Shown piece by piece: positions 11,664-22,960 of a stretch of DNA of 64,000 nt. Origin of the DNA: a virus; IMG/VR virus record IMGVR_UViG_3300002143_000079, positions 16,336 through 80,335 of that record; one strand, 5' to 3'. Numbering within the stretch: the stretch's first letter is position 1; each line of letters opens with the position of its first letter. The notes below the pieces were generated by a model. The model searched no databases, was not told where the DNA came from, and saw nothing but the letters and a program-made list of their open reading frames with translations. A program made the position numbers and the translations under genes.

Positions 11664-11708
11664 TAATCATAAATATGAGTCACATTATGATTTTCATTCA
11701 ATAATCAA

Positions 11709-12797
11709 TTAAAAGTCAAGTCGGACACGAATTAGAAGTTCGTTTGTGAAGTCTTTTTTGGTTGGACGACTCATCTTCGCAATAGCAACCAACTCATTTA
11801 GTTCGTTATATAGACCAACTGTGGTAATATAGGTTTTTGGTTCGGCCTGTAATTGCGTGATAATTTCACCCTTTGTATAATTTTCATCCGTGGTTTGATA
11901 AACAAACGATGGATTGTTGGAGAAATTGAAATCTTGATTCTTAACTCGTATGAAATAGTGAGCAGACGGAACAATTTCCGATTTTCTTACTCGCATCATA
12001 CCATTTGCACTTGGGGTCAATTTACCAAATAAAGACTGGTGATTGACGATAGACGATGTAGCGGAGTTGTTATATACGTGACCCGCGTAATGTCTTAATT
12101 TATCCGCATTTAAGATTAAAATACCATTCTTAGGATAAAATAGACCCAATCCTTGATATTCCGATGCGGCAGCCGTTGAACGACCCAAAGACTCATCAAA
12201 ACTACCCGAAACAACCTGATAAACTAGTCGTTGTTCTTTTTGTTCCGCCGCTGTCAATATTGGTAACTCGTCAATCAATTGAAGACTTGCACTAGTATTT
12301 GATCCGGTAATTTTAAATGTCCATTGACCTCTATCAACTTGGTCTTTCATTAAATCGGATGAGAAAGCAATTACGAAAATTTCTGAACTGGTTATGTAAG
12401 TTGCGGCTGCGGAACTACCCGTTTTGAAACTAAACTTCCCATCAACATCCGCAATACCCAACAATAAATTTTTATATTGGGTGTAAACAGCTGCGGAACT
12501 GGAAAATACCGATGAACCGGAAGTTGCTCCACCGTTGTTTGAATCACCATAACTTATTGAAAATAACAATTGTCGGTTACTTACATTATCATCGTAGACG
12601 TTGGTATAGTACATTCCATTCAATACGTCATATATACCATTGGCACCGGTTAATTGCGTTTGTGCGCTGGATGTATAAAATGCTGATTGAGATATTTTGA
12701 CATCGCCGCCGGGAAAGTAACCACTGGAAACTGTGGTTGTTTTACCCGAAATGACATCGGTGACTTCAAATGGTTGATATATCTTAAAATTTGACAT
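11709..12797 (-). CDS. Putative baseplate/tail structural protein
   Basis: C-terminal YITTVGLYNELNELVAIAKMSRP shared with 6521..8962; structural cluster. Confidence 0.65.
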   Translation of the reverse strand: MSNFKIYQPFEVTDVISGKTTTVSSGYFPGGDVKISQSAFYTSSAQTQLTGANGIYDVLNGMYYTNVYDDNVSNRQLLFSISYGDSNNGGATSGSSVFSSSAAVYTQYKNLLLGIADVDGKFSFKTGSSAAATYITSSEIFVIAFSSDLMKDQVDRGQWTFKITGSNTSASLQLIDELPILTAAEQKEQRLVYQVVSGSFDESLGRSTAAASEYQGLGLFYPKNGILILNADKLRHYAGHVYNNSATSSIVNHQSLFGKLTPSANGMMRVRKSEIVPSAHYFIRVKNQDFNFSNNPSFVYQTTDENYTKGEIITQLQAEPKTYITTVGLYNELNELVAIAKMSRPTKKDFTNELLIRVRLDF

Positions 12798-12805
12798 AAA
12801 GTAGA

Positions 12806-13438
12806 TTATTCGACGGTTACGGTCACTGGAATACTTACACCACCACCGCTTTCATTACCAACGATGGTCAATGTGGTAGTCGTTGTACGAGTAAGTTTCG
12901 AGGATGGGATAAATGCGAATTCCAATCCAACAACTGCTTGAGAACTTTCTGCCGATGTATCACCCGCAAATGATGTGACGGTTCCAACTGTCGTGCTCGT
13001 TGGTGCTTGAACTTTAACTATCAACGAACCAACTTTTGTATTACCTAAAATTGCGGTATATCCACCATTGACGTTGTAATTATTTGGTGTAGTAGATGGA
13101 GAAATGACAATTTGAGCGGTATATGTAGATGCGATACTGATAGAACTTTGTGCGATAGATACTGTAGGAATGAATGTCGTTCCTTCTTCCAAGGTCACCA
13201 ATTTGAACTTCATTACTTGCGTTTCGTCGGTATTTGGTTCAAAAACCGGAGTATTAATCAACGCAATTTCCTTCAACTCTTCTGAATCGGCGTTTTCGTT
13301 GAAGAGGCTGTAATCAATTTCGTCGTCAGCTAATGCAAACGATGAAATTTTTAAACTTCCGTTAGTCGCAAGAAGTTCTCTTCCTTTTTTTGTTAAAACT
13401 GCGTCAACAACGATGGATTTGTTATCTAAGTATGCCAT
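12806..13438 (-). CDS. Putative baseplate/tail structural protein
   Basis: N-terminal VDAVLTKKGRELLA resembles tail-fibre attachment N-termini; S/T-rich. Confidence 0.6.
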   Translation of the reverse strand: MAYLDNKSIVVDAVLTKKGRELLATNGSLKISSFALADDEIDYSLFNENADSEELKEIALINTPVFEPNTDETQVMKFKLVTLEEGTTFIPTVSIAQSSISIASTYTAQIVISPSTTPNNYNVNGGYTAILGNTKVGSLIVKVQAPTSTTVGTVTSFAGDTSAESSQAVVGLEFAFIPSSKLTRTTTTTLTIVGNESGGGVSIPVTVTVE

Positions 13439-13486
13439 ATAATCAATTAATAAATAGTTTCAAATTTGGGTTTTTTGTTTTTATTT

Positions 13487-16400
13487 TTAAACTGTAATAC
13501 CACCTTCCATGTTTTTGATGGATGCACCGACTGGTATTGTTATTATAGGTTCTCTATCTGATTCATTTGGTTCGTTTATCGTGGTAAACTTGGTTTGTCT
13601 CGATTTACCGGTATAAACCAGTCCAGTATCCAAACTACCGGTATCAAAATACAATTCTTTACGAAATGGAATATTCTTACGGCTGATATGACGGAAATTC
13701 TCCACATCTGTTAAAGTTGTATATGCAGAAGACGTTACAAACGAACTACCACTGATAACTAACGTGACCTTTTTAAAGTCTTTTACCACGTTATTTGAAT
13801 CAACCCCATCATCGGAATAACTCAATGTTCGTTTTTCGTTCAAAGTATAAGCTTTGTATGTCTGTCCGTCGAATTCCACATATCCAAAAGTATTTGGAAA
13901 TATACTGACCATATACTTATCGGGGGTATCTTGGATATTTTCGAACGCTGAGAATGTATTGGTCACAAACGTCGAGTTTACATTGGAAGTTGCAGCCACG
14001 GGTATTTCCGATGCGTTAAGAGATATTAATTCACCCTGATCAATATCCGCGATAATTTCTTTCAGGTCTATAATTGCATCCAAAGTTTGAATTTCACCTA
14101 TAAACACTGCTTTTTCTTCAATACGACTTCTCTCCAAAATAGTTGGTTCAACCAATATTCCTTTATAAACTCTATTTCTAGCAGGCAAGACATTTTTCAA
14201 TGTATCAAAAATGCTTTTATCTACGAAAATTTTGTATATCGTAAATAACTCATTGAATAAAATACGATTGATGTAGTTTTCCCCATAATAGTTTTTCCGT
14301 AAGGTTTCTAGTCCCAAATATTTACGTCCGAATTTTTCTCTTGGGTCGGAAATACTTGATACGATTTCATAATCCCCGAAGAAATTCAATATGTCTTTAT
14401 TTCGTTCGTGTATTGGTGATAGGAATATACCCAATTTATTAGCATCACTGTAGTAATTGTATTTAGATTTCGAGGTCCGTGTATTTGTTGGGGATAATGT
14501 ATTATCCAACGTGGTCAATGATGTATATTCTACTTTATCATTTTCAAACCGACTTGGTCCAACCTCTCCTGTGAAATATTCATTACTGATGTCAAATTCA
14601 CGGCTTTGGTGTGGGAATAGTGAATAGGACTGACTTACACAACTCGATGTATCGAAAGAATCGGAGATGTTGCTTCCCGTAAAATTATACATCAATGCGT
14701 AAGCCGAACTGTAATATCTATTGGCATTATCAACTCTAAATCCAGTAAGTTGTGAAGAACTATAACTTACATCAAATGGAATTCCAAAGTGGAACCGGAA
14801 TAAAATTTCTTCATAACTTGATGATGGTTGTCCTTGGTAGTAAGAGTTAAAATTCTTACACTTGATGTAGAAATTCTCATCCGATAACGCAACTGATTGG
14901 AATACAAACTTATCCAAACATCCGTAGAACTTGACCACTTCATAACCACCGATTTCAGTCAAGAAGAAATTCTCTTGGTCATTTTCAGCAATCAAATCCA
15001 AGTCATCAACTTCATCTTCCAATAAAACACTTTGATTTGCCGTAGGAATGTTACCCAATTCCGAAATCAAGTTTAAATTAGTGTCTACATTTCCGAAATA
15101 AGTTAATCCACCAACATTGTCAAATGCGGTATTCAAGGATCCACTAAGATAGAAACTAAACTTTTTATCAATTGGTTCCAGACAATATTCGTTTCTATGA
15201 ACACATATGTCGTATCGAGTTGGAACCAAATTGTCATCAGATGCAGTTTCAAAATTTGAATCAATTGGATTCTTTCTAAGTAAAAGACTCATCACTTCAC
15301 CATTGAACATGTAGAAAGGTTCCGTCACCGCCGCAAATGATTCATCACCACTTTTTATAACGAAGTATAAACTACCCAACGTATCGCTTATTTTTATGAA
15401 TCCAAACGAATAAATTTGGTCACCACCGGAGAATGAACTATGGATAGGAACAATGACCTGAGAGGTTGGATATTTTGTGGTATCAATATACAATTTGAAG
15501 TCAACCGATTTAAATGGTTCTAAATTTACAAACTCCACCCGTTCTTCCTCGGAACCAATGAATTCCAATAAATATTCCTTTTCTTCAATGGTATATGATG
15601 AACTAATTTCATTTTGCGTATATCCCCCACCAAATTCTTTCACCAGAATAAGATTGTTTGGGATACCATATATCGCAAATATCTGTCTCAGACACTCTTC
15701 GGTTCCTTTACTTTTATATATTGATGGTAAATTAGTTAATAATCTCTTCCATATAGTTTTCGTTTTATCATCAACGGAAATTGAGTTGTTATACTTATTG
15801 GATTCTGAACTATTGAGGTATAATTCATCCACTTCGGAATATTCCAATGTTCCACTTAGTCCCGGTGGAACTTTAAAGCCAAATCCATTCAAAATATTCG
15901 TGATTAACTTTCCAGTCAATCCCGTTGAAGTATCATCGCCGATATTTTTGTAAATACCGATATTGGAAATGTAAAGATAGATGTTATCAAAGTGATGACC
16001 AACCATACTCAAGAACTTGAGATACTCATCGTTATCAGTGTCATTATATACATACTCCGGGGTGTTGTTTATAAGACTATCACGATTGTTGATGTCATAC
16101 TCAGCACTATCGGTATCCAATGTGGCAACATAACTAGACGCACTAGAATCCGTTGTCGATTCAACAAATGTCTCAGATGAAGTATCGTAAATGAAATATC
16201 CAGTCTTGTAGAGATATGATTCATAACCATCAAAACTTGCAAATATCGAATCAATTTCTTTATTGTTTAACTCAATTTTGTTATACACCCCAATTTTATC
16301 ATTGGTTGCTGAATTAGTTGGATCAAAGGATTCCAATTCATCATTTTCTTCTTCTAAAACCGTTATTCTTGATATTTTATTTTTAAATATTTTGACTCGT

Positions 16401-18142
16401 AAGTTAGCCGATGAGAAGATGACAAATTTGCTAAAATCAGTATAATCTACGTTGATATTTGCAATCTTCTTGTTGACATCAATTTTATTTTTGATGTTAC
16501 GATTCACTTCCAATTCATCAGACGTGTAATACTTCGTTCCCAAAGTTCGTGCAGATAGTTCGTTTATATCAATGCTGAAATTGGGTTTATTTAATTTGAT
16601 TGTATTCTTTTTAACACTACTCTCAAAGTTAATAGTTTGGAAGAAAGGTTCAATGGAAATGTTGACTATATCTGAGAAATCTCCAATGACATATTCGGAT
16701 GGAATACCATCTTTCAATTTCAACCAAAGTTCATTTCCATTTATTTTAAGAGTCAGTATTGGAAAAATTTGACCATTAATTTTCAACGCATTTTTAAGTG
16801 GACTCTTGAACTTATTTTTGAAATCCGATTCAATCGTTGTGAGAGTGTTTTTTAGAAATACATTAAATACACCATATAGATACTTTAATGAATCCGCATA
16901 TTGCAATCTAACATCCGCTGGAAAATTGGATGGGGATTTATAGGATGCCAACCGACGTAACAATTTTTTATCACATGCGGCAAAATTTATTTCGTTGACC
17001 GATGTATTAAAATTGTTAAAGGTATTTACAAATTCATAGTTGAATTTGAGATAATTTAGTAGATAATCTTTTATACCGAGGTAAGAAATGCTTTTTTGAA
17101 TCTCACCGTCGTAAATAGTTTCACCGTAAAACACACTACGTAAAATTTCAAACACACCATCAGAATCATTTTCCGCCAAACCAAATAATTGTTTTAGAGA
17201 ATTGATTTCGGATTTGAAATTATCCTTTGTTAGATTATAAACATCGGTGATGTTGAATGTGTTTACATAATATTCAAAATCATCGTAAATTCGATTGTTG
17301 ATAAATGTGTTATAACCCAATGATAGAAATTCACTATTTAACTTAAAATCAGAATCGGATACGCGGCTTGGAAAATTAATTTCCACACCACTATTTCGGT
17401 GATTTTTATTATACGCAAATAATGTAACTGGAAAATCTTCCGTAGTGTCCAGTATGATTTGTCGTGTGGATGGTTTGTAAATTACATTATTGACATATTC
17501 AACTCCACCATTAAAAGAACCATCCTTTATTTTACTAAATTTGACAAGTGTTATATCCCCACTGACAAAGTTTAGATTGTAGACTGTTCCCGATTTCAAA
17601 CTCAAGGATTTATTTCCATCAAATAAAATTTGATTACCATCAAAAGTAACGGAAATGTTATTGACTACATTTTCACTATTGAACGATTTTACTAATTTTA
17701 TTTCTCTACGAGAATTGCTTATCTCTTTGATTATTAAAGGATTCGTCTGTGAGAAAAAATTCGATATAGGAGTCAACGATAGATAGAAATTGGCATCGGT
17801 GATAGAATTCTGTTCAACAATATCTTTAACAGAAATTAAGACATCCCGATTTCCATTTTGAATCAAATTGGAATTTGGTGGAAAGTAGTAATCTCGGAAT
17901 ACATTGTTATCAATATCCTCATATCGGTAAAAAAACTTTGTAGTGGTTGTAAAGCCAACCAAAGTGGATGAGGTGATTGGTTGTTTTTGACTATTATAGA
18001 CACCAATCTCAATTACATCTTTTGTCGAATTACCAAAGAAATATTCTTGTGTAGATGAACTCGTAAACAATACATTCTCTCTCGAATTTATATAGCCTAC
18101 GTCATTTATCTCATTGGGTGATTCTTTTAATATATTGAACAT
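13487..18142 (-). CDS. Large baseplate wedge-like protein
   Basis: 1551 aa; LPSIYKSKGTEECLRQIFAIYGIP resembles the P2 gpI/T4 gp7-type wedge motif. Confidence 0.62.
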   Translation of the reverse strand: MFNILKESPNEINDVGYINSRENVLFTSSSTQEYFFGNSTKDVIEIGVYNSQKQPITSSTLVGFTTTTKFFYRYEDIDNNVFRDYYFPPNSNLIQNGNRDVLISVKDIVEQNSITDANFYLSLTPISNFFSQTNPLIIKEISNSRREIKLVKSFNSENVVNNISVTFDGNQILFDGNKSLSLKSGTVYNLNFVSGDITLVKFSKIKDGSFNGGVEYVNNVIYKPSTRQIILDTTEDFPVTLFAYNKNHRNSGVEINFPSRVSDSDFKLNSEFLSLGYNTFINNRIYDDFEYYVNTFNITDVYNLTKDNFKSEINSLKQLFGLAENDSDGVFEILRSVFYGETIYDGEIQKSISYLGIKDYLLNYLKFNYEFVNTFNNFNTSVNEINFAACDKKLLRRLASYKSPSNFPADVRLQYADSLKYLYGVFNVFLKNTLTTIESDFKNKFKSPLKNALKINGQIFPILTLKINGNELWLKLKDGIPSEYVIGDFSDIVNISIEPFFQTINFESSVKKNTIKLNKPNFSIDINELSARTLGTKYYTSDELEVNRNIKNKIDVNKKIANINVDYTDFSKFVIFSSANLRVKIFKNKISRITVLEEENDELESFDPTNSATNDKIGVYNKIELNNKEIDSIFASFDGYESYLYKTGYFIYDTSSETFVESTTDSSASSYVATLDTDSAEYDINNRDSLINNTPEYVYNDTDNDEYLKFLSMVGHHFDNIYLYISNIGIYKNIGDDTSTGLTGKLITNILNGFGFKVPPGLSGTLEYSEVDELYLNSSESNKYNNSISVDDKTKTIWKRLLTNLPSIYKSKGTEECLRQIFAIYGIPNNLILVKEFGGGYTQNEISSSYTIEEKEYLLEFIGSEEERVEFVNLEPFKSVDFKLYIDTTKYPTSQVIVPIHSSFSGGDQIYSFGFIKISDTLGSLYFVIKSGDESFAAVTEPFYMFNGEVMSLLLRKNPIDSNFETASDDNLVPTRYDICVHRNEYCLEPIDKKFSFYLSGSLNTAFDNVGGLTYFGNVDTNLNLISELGNIPTANQSVLLEDEVDDLDLIAENDQENFFLTEIGGYEVVKFYGCLDKFVFQSVALSDENFYIKCKNFNSYYQGQPSSSYEEILFRFHFGIPFDVSYSSSQLTGFRVDNANRYYSSAYALMYNFTGSNISDSFDTSSCVSQSYSLFPHQSREFDISNEYFTGEVGPSRFENDKVEYTSLTTLDNTLSPTNTRTSKSKYNYYSDANKLGIFLSPIHERNKDILNFFGDYEIVSSISDPREKFGRKYLGLETLRKNYYGENYINRILFNELFTIYKIFVDKSIFDTLKNVLPARNRVYKGILVEPTILERSRIEEKAVFIGEIQTLDAIIDLKEIIADIDQGELISLNASEIPVAATSNVNSTFVTNTFSAFENIQDTPDKYMVSIFPNTFGYVEFDGQTYKAYTLNEKRTLSYSDDGVDSNNVVKDFKKVTLVISGSSFVTSSAYTTLTDVENFRHISRKNIPFRKELYFDTGSLDTGLVYTGKSRQTKFTTINEPNESDREPIITIPVGASIKNMEGGITV

Positions 18143-18189
18143 ACCTTACTATAACTATTAAAACGACTTACTAATTTACAATCAATGTG

Positions 18190-18660
18190 TTAGAATGTTT
18201 TTGGGGTATAAGGAAACTCAACATTAAAATCAGACTTAGATTGACCCTCTCCCCTATCAATACGAAGTTGAATAATCAATTCTCTAGTAGCGTTCAATTG
18301 AGATTCCAACCGATTTATCTCATCTACCGCGTTATTGGTTTCGGTTACCTTATATTGGAGGTTTGTAATAGTGTTCTCCAACATCTGTATAGTTAGTTGA
18401 GAATCATCATTTTGAGTATCGGGTGTATTGTTCGTCGGAGTCACATCTACGAATTCTTCAAATGCAAGTGGATATAGAATGGCCAATTTATCATCTTTAT
18501 ACTCAAGATTATTCAACGACAACTTTAAAAATTGTTGATTAAATACGTCAGATTCTTGTTTAAAAAAGAGATTACCAACGGAATTGTAACTGTATGTGTA
18601 CAATAATGTTCCGTTTCTAAACGAATTGATTTCGTCACCAAATTTATTCAAATCTGCCAT
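18190..18660 (-). CDS. Hypothetical protein with C-terminal coiled coil
   Basis: 156-aa ORF in structural operon. Confidence 0.6.
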   Translation of the reverse strand: MADLNKFGDEINSFRNGTLLYTYSYNSVGNLFFKQESDVFNQQFLKLSLNNLEYKDDKLAILYPLAFEEFVDVTPTNNTPDTQNDDSQLTIQMLENTITNLQYKVTETNNAVDEINRLESQLNATRELIIQLRIDRGEGQSKSDFNVEFPYTPKTF

Positions 18661-18661
18661 A

Positions 18662-19906
18662 TTATCTTATGATTTTAAAAACACTACCATTATCAAATAA
18701 TTGAATAGAACCGTCGTCTAACTCAGTTTTAATGAGTATTCGATAATATCTCTCCTGAGCCAATCCCGTCGTATCTAAATAGAAATAATTTCCATATTCA
18801 TCACAACTCAATTTAGTATAATCATCAAAGTCAATAATGGTTTCGGAACTTTCATTGTCTTTAATAGCGTAGAAACTTGATGTTGGTAGGTATTTTGGAG
18901 TTAAATAAGCAGTCTGTGCAGACACAAATCGTTTTAGTGGGTTTTGTTCACGTGCAGATACCGTAAATTTCACCTTAGCCCCACTCTTATATTCCTTTTT
19001 TATACCTTTTATGGAAACATTCACACCGAGACTTGCGGTTACTGGTGATAAACTGGCCGTTACAAAGGATGAGTCATCCCATTTAACGTCTAAATATGGA
19101 GAATAAATGGTATTCGTCTCACGACCGAAAAACTTGAGATTACTTGTCGCATCTTCATTCAATTCATCGGAAGTGAGTAGTATAATTCCTTCGTTTGGAA
19201 TACAACCACAAATCCACGCTTGGCAAATACGAGTAACATCAAGTTCTATATCTGAGGATTGGTAACTGAAAGATTGACTGCATATGTAACTAGCCCCGGA
19301 AACGGCGGAACAAAAACTTTGACTTGGATCATTGGAACAGCTGACTGGTGCCGAGTAATACCAAGTTCCCCCTCCCCGAGCAAACACCGCAACCGACGCA
19401 GTATCCAAGTAATTTGCCCCGGATAAATTTGTATCTAAATCAATATTTGGATACCAAACACTTGAAGTATCTGGATATTCTCGATAAGACCAATTTACTC
19501 CTGTATTGCCACCACCCGCAGCAAAAATACCCGTTCCCATATCCCAACTTTGACTTATTGGGTATGCATAGATTTTATAATCTACCCCAATTTCCTTCGA
19601 CTCCACCGTTCGGAGATTGAGAATGAATTTTGGATTTACCACACTTCCATTAGCAATAGATTCACTAATGGTGGTCAAATCGAACTTCAATATAGAACGT
19701 TTTATGAAGGTTTTATACTCCGTAACGTAACGGTTTAAAAGATAATCATAAGACCCCGATATATACCCCGATAAAATACCCGTGAAATTCTCCAAACTAC
19801 CAGTGAACCCGCATATTGAACCACTAAATGACCCCGATGCACTACCGGATACGTAATTGCTACTCGAAATACCGGAAAAATAATCAACTGTGAATGATAA
19901 TGACAT
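18662..19906 (-). CDS. Structural protein with C-terminal half of a DNRLRE/CBM96-like domain
   Basis: RSILKFDL...LNLR...IYAYPISQSW...NEGIIL...SPYLDVKW pattern. Confidence 0.55.
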   Translation of the reverse strand: MSLSFTVDYFSGISSSNYVSGSASGSFSGSICGFTGSLENFTGILSGYISGSYDYLLNRYVTEYKTFIKRSILKFDLTTISESIANGSVVNPKFILNLRTVESKEIGVDYKIYAYPISQSWDMGTGIFAAGGGNTGVNWSYREYPDTSSVWYPNIDLDTNLSGANYLDTASVAVFARGGGTWYYSAPVSCSNDPSQSFCSAVSGASYICSQSFSYQSSDIELDVTRICQAWICGCIPNEGIILLTSDELNEDATSNLKFFGRETNTIYSPYLDVKWDDSSFVTASLSPVTASLGVNVSIKGIKKEYKSGAKVKFTVSAREQNPLKRFVSAQTAYLTPKYLPTSSFYAIKDNESSETIIDFDDYTKLSCDEYGNYFYLDTTGLAQERYYRILIKTELDDGSIQLFDNGSVFKIIR

Positions 19907-19921
19907 ATGTAATAAATAATA

Positions 19922-20272
19922 TCAAGTAGACGAAACTATCAGAGTATTTTCAGAATCATCAATCATTTGATTCTCAGAGTCGTCAACTAAGTCAAACTCA
20001 ACCGCAACAATTTGGTCACATAATATAAATCCATTGACACTACCCGTTGCACAATCAATACTACCGGTGAAGGTTCCGGTGAAATTATCCATACGAGAAG
20101 ATACCAATTGGTTTGAATCCGATGTTCTTGCCACCGACGCGGTAATATAACCTATAATTAATTTGTTTATAGCACCGACTTCAATATATGGATCCAACGC
20201 AAAATTTTTCTCAACGTAATCGGGATAGTTCATTACGTAAGTATCTTTTTGACAATATATAAAATGATGCAT
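19922..20272 (-). CDS. Small structural protein, paralog of 20277..20570
   Basis: MHHFIYCQKDTYV...PDY..KNF; FxGxFxGS repeats. Confidence 0.6.
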   Translation of the reverse strand: MHHFIYCQKDTYVMNYPDYVEKNFALDPYIEVGAINKLIIGYITASVARTSDSNQLVSSRMDNFTGTFTGSIDCATGSVNGFILCDQIVAVEFDLVDDSENQMIDDSENTLIVSST

Positions 20273-20276
20273 ATGA

Positions 20277-20570
20277 TTAACAACTTCCCGTATCTGGTTC
20301 TATCCACATACCACTACCTGAAATAAATGCCGACCCACTTGTTATATCTCCCGAACCAGTCAGGGAACCCGAAAAATACCCACTGAAAGATAAAACTTGT
20401 AAATTCAACCTATCTCTCGAAATTTCACTTGAACCAGTTACAACAAACGTAACAACATTACGAGTAAACGCATTTATTTCCAAAATTTCATCTCGTCCGA
20501 AATTTTTCAAATAATAATCCGGGTCATTACAAATGAATGTGTCGGATGATGGAAATATGAATTTATGCAT
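20277..20570 (-). CDS. Small structural protein, paralog of 19922..20272
   Basis: MHKFIFPSSDTFI...PDY..KNFGRDEILEI. Confidence 0.6.
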   Translation of the reverse strand: MHKFIFPSSDTFICNDPDYYLKNFGRDEILEINAFTRNVVTFVVTGSSEISRDRLNLQVLSFSGYFSGSLTGSGDITSGSAFISGSGMWIEPDTGSC

Positions 20571-20571
20571 A

Positions 20572-22536
20572 TTACAATACTTTACCTCTAATATCGACGT
20601 CTGGATATTTTACTTCAAAAATAGTTGGGTCGATTGGTGGGTATATAATTTTATTCTTTGTTGCGGATGGTAAATCATATTCATAAATTGAATAATTATC
20701 CCCAGCCAAATTCTCGATTTCCAGATGAGCAACTGATTGAACTCCTTCAATTTTAGCAATTTCTAATTCCAATTGACCGATGTTAATTGGTTGTGAAAAT
20801 TGCCATGATTCGGAATTGAAAAAGTTTTTAATGGAGTCTATACACTCCGTCAATACTTCTTTTTTGTTGTAAGTGGAATACGTCAAAATTGTAAAATCGA
20901 CACCGATGTTAACGACGAATCCATCAATGATATTTATTCTATCTGACATCATTCGGTATTTCGATAGATAATTCCGTAAATTGTGTGCAAGTGCTTCGTT
21001 AACCGGAGTTAAATTGCCATTATCGTCGTATGCAAGAACATAGAGATTTATACCCAATGGATTTACGCCTTCCAAATTTACTTTACGATAGTCTTTATTT
21101 TTTTCATCAACAACGATGTTGTTGTTTTCATCAATTAATCCTTGAATATACGTCGTATTGTTGGTATATAAATCATTTTCCGTTATCACATGGACTTTAG
21201 ATACCTTACCAAATTCCGCTGGCATACTCAATGTTCTCGCAATATAATCTTCTTTAGTCACCATTCTATTTTGTGTCGCAAAGTTTGAAATTGCATTTTG
21301 TTTGATTTCCAAAATACTTTCTTCACCCGCACCACCGGTAGCTGATGTGGAGTTTTCAACACGTAAACTATTTTTGATGGTATTTACCAAATTTAATTCG
21401 GATGGTAAATATTCTTCAACCTCATCGAAAGCAACTTTACTGATAGTGGTAATATCCCCAACGTTTGCGTTTGATTCTACTCCCCCACCAATAATATATT
21501 TGACCGTTAGAGTTGTATTGAATGGTGATAATCCATAAGAATTAGAATTGACGAATGCGGTTGGATCCAACGTCAAATTATATTTACTGATATTGGCAAA
21601 TCCTACACCCAACAACTCTGAATTAGGTATTAAAATTTCCTCTTCCAAACTATCCGTAGATGGTCCAAATTGTATATACGTTTTGTTATTTTCGTCTACA
21701 TCAATAGTATAACGTCGATTGGTTCGCAAGTATTTCAATATGTTAGGTACGGATGAACGATATTGAGAAAATGTTTCAAAATTTAATTGGTTGTTTTCAA
21801 CCGGCAACTCCACTAAATCTTGGGCAAGATAATCAACCTGATACCAATTGTTGTTATCCGCGTCAATTATGCTAATCACCTTAATAACATTCGTTTCAGC
21901 CAATTCCACTCGAAGATTTGGGTTTTGACTGGTAACATTGAATTCCCGTGTAATAATTTTACCGGAATAAGCTTTGGTGGATTTTCTTAAAAGATAAAAC
22001 TCCGGTTCTCCTACATCGTTTCGTGAGAACACTTCGTCGGTTCGGGGTGACGTTACACTGTCAATGGAAAAATCAAGAGTTTCTGTGGTTATAAACGCAG
22101 CTCTATTTGAGGATAATACTTCCATACCCTCCCTCACTCGCATAGCATATCTCGTATCTGGTTCGAATGTGCCGTCGGATAATCGTTTTGATGGAACTAT
22201 GATATACGCATCTAAAGTTGTTATCGCGGGTTTAGTAGGTTTGGAGATGTATCCTAAATACTTAGCCAGTTGAATAACATTCTTACGTTCTTCTGCAAAA
22301 TTAATCAATCCTTCTTTGTATTGATAATCAATGTAAAAAGATAAAACATCACCAACATACGCAGCCATGTCGATAAACATTGTGCCCGGTGCTGCATCAC
22401 TAAAATCTTTGTAACTTCTTGGATAGTATTGTTTAGAGAACTCAATCAATCCTTGTTTCAATTGACCAAAATCTCGTCCAAGATATTTTACCTCTCTTGA
22501 TTGAGGTTTAAAATTTTTATCTAATACGGTTGCCAT
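20572..22536 (-). CDS. Baseplate wedge subunit (T4 gp6/baseplate J-like)
   Basis: RDFGQLKQGLI..., AYVGDVLSFY, LAKYLGY, YIIGGGVESN, ATGGAGEES, QNRMVTKEDY. Confidence 0.88.
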   Translation of the reverse strand: MATVLDKNFKPQSREVKYLGRDFGQLKQGLIEFSKQYYPRSYKDFSDAAPGTMFIDMAAYVGDVLSFYIDYQYKEGLINFAEERKNVIQLAKYLGYISKPTKPAITTLDAYIIVPSKRLSDGTFEPDTRYAMRVREGMEVLSSNRAAFITTETLDFSIDSVTSPRTDEVFSRNDVGEPEFYLLRKSTKAYSGKIITREFNVTSQNPNLRVELAETNVIKVISIIDADNNNWYQVDYLAQDLVELPVENNQLNFETFSQYRSSVPNILKYLRTNRRYTIDVDENNKTYIQFGPSTDSLEEEILIPNSELLGVGFANISKYNLTLDPTAFVNSNSYGLSPFNTTLTVKYIIGGGVESNANVGDITTISKVAFDEVEEYLPSELNLVNTIKNSLRVENSTSATGGAGEESILEIKQNAISNFATQNRMVTKEDYIARTLSMPAEFGKVSKVHVITENDLYTNNTTYIQGLIDENNNIVVDEKNKDYRKVNLEGVNPLGINLYVLAYDDNGNLTPVNEALAHNLRNYLSKYRMMSDRINIIDGFVVNIGVDFTILTYSTYNKKEVLTECIDSIKNFFNSESWQFSQPINIGQLELEIAKIEGVQSVAHLEIENLAGDNYSIYEYDLPSATKNKIIYPPIDPTIFEVKYPDVDIRGKVL

Positions 22537-22538
22537 AA

Positions 22539-22958
22539 TTATATATTGACACTTTGTAAGTCAAATGTTACCGAATCTTCAGTTTTCGTCTGTTTGATAG
22601 TAAACGACACAGATATTCTCAGTTTATAATTATCATCTCCTACGGGGTTTTCAACATTAATAATGTCAATTTCATCAATACTTACCTCTGGAATCCAATA
22701 TGAGATTTCTTCAAAAAGGATATTTTTAGCAATTTCGTTCAAATTATCCGTTTTTTGTTCAAAAACCAGCTCATACAACTTTGTTCCAAATTCCGGTGAC
22801 ATTCGGCGTTCACCCTTCTTGGTCTTTAAAAAATTCATGAGATTTTGTTTCACTTGATTGTTTGTATCAAATGTTTGCTGAAAATACCCACCAGTTCCCC
22901 TTATAAAAGGAACTTCTAACCCAATAGGTGCATATGATGCTGATGTTCGGGTGGCCAT
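22539..22958 (-). CDS. Baseplate gp25/GPW-like protein
   Basis: QNLMNFLKTKKGERRMSPEFGTKLYELVFE motif. Confidence 0.88.
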   Translation of the reverse strand: MATRTSASYAPIGLEVPFIRGTGGYFQQTFDTNNQVKQNLMNFLKTKKGERRMSPEFGTKLYELVFEQKTDNLNEIAKNILFEEISYWIPEVSIDEIDIINVENPVGDDNYKLRISVSFTIKQTKTEDSVTFDLQSVNI

Positions 22959-22960
22959 TA

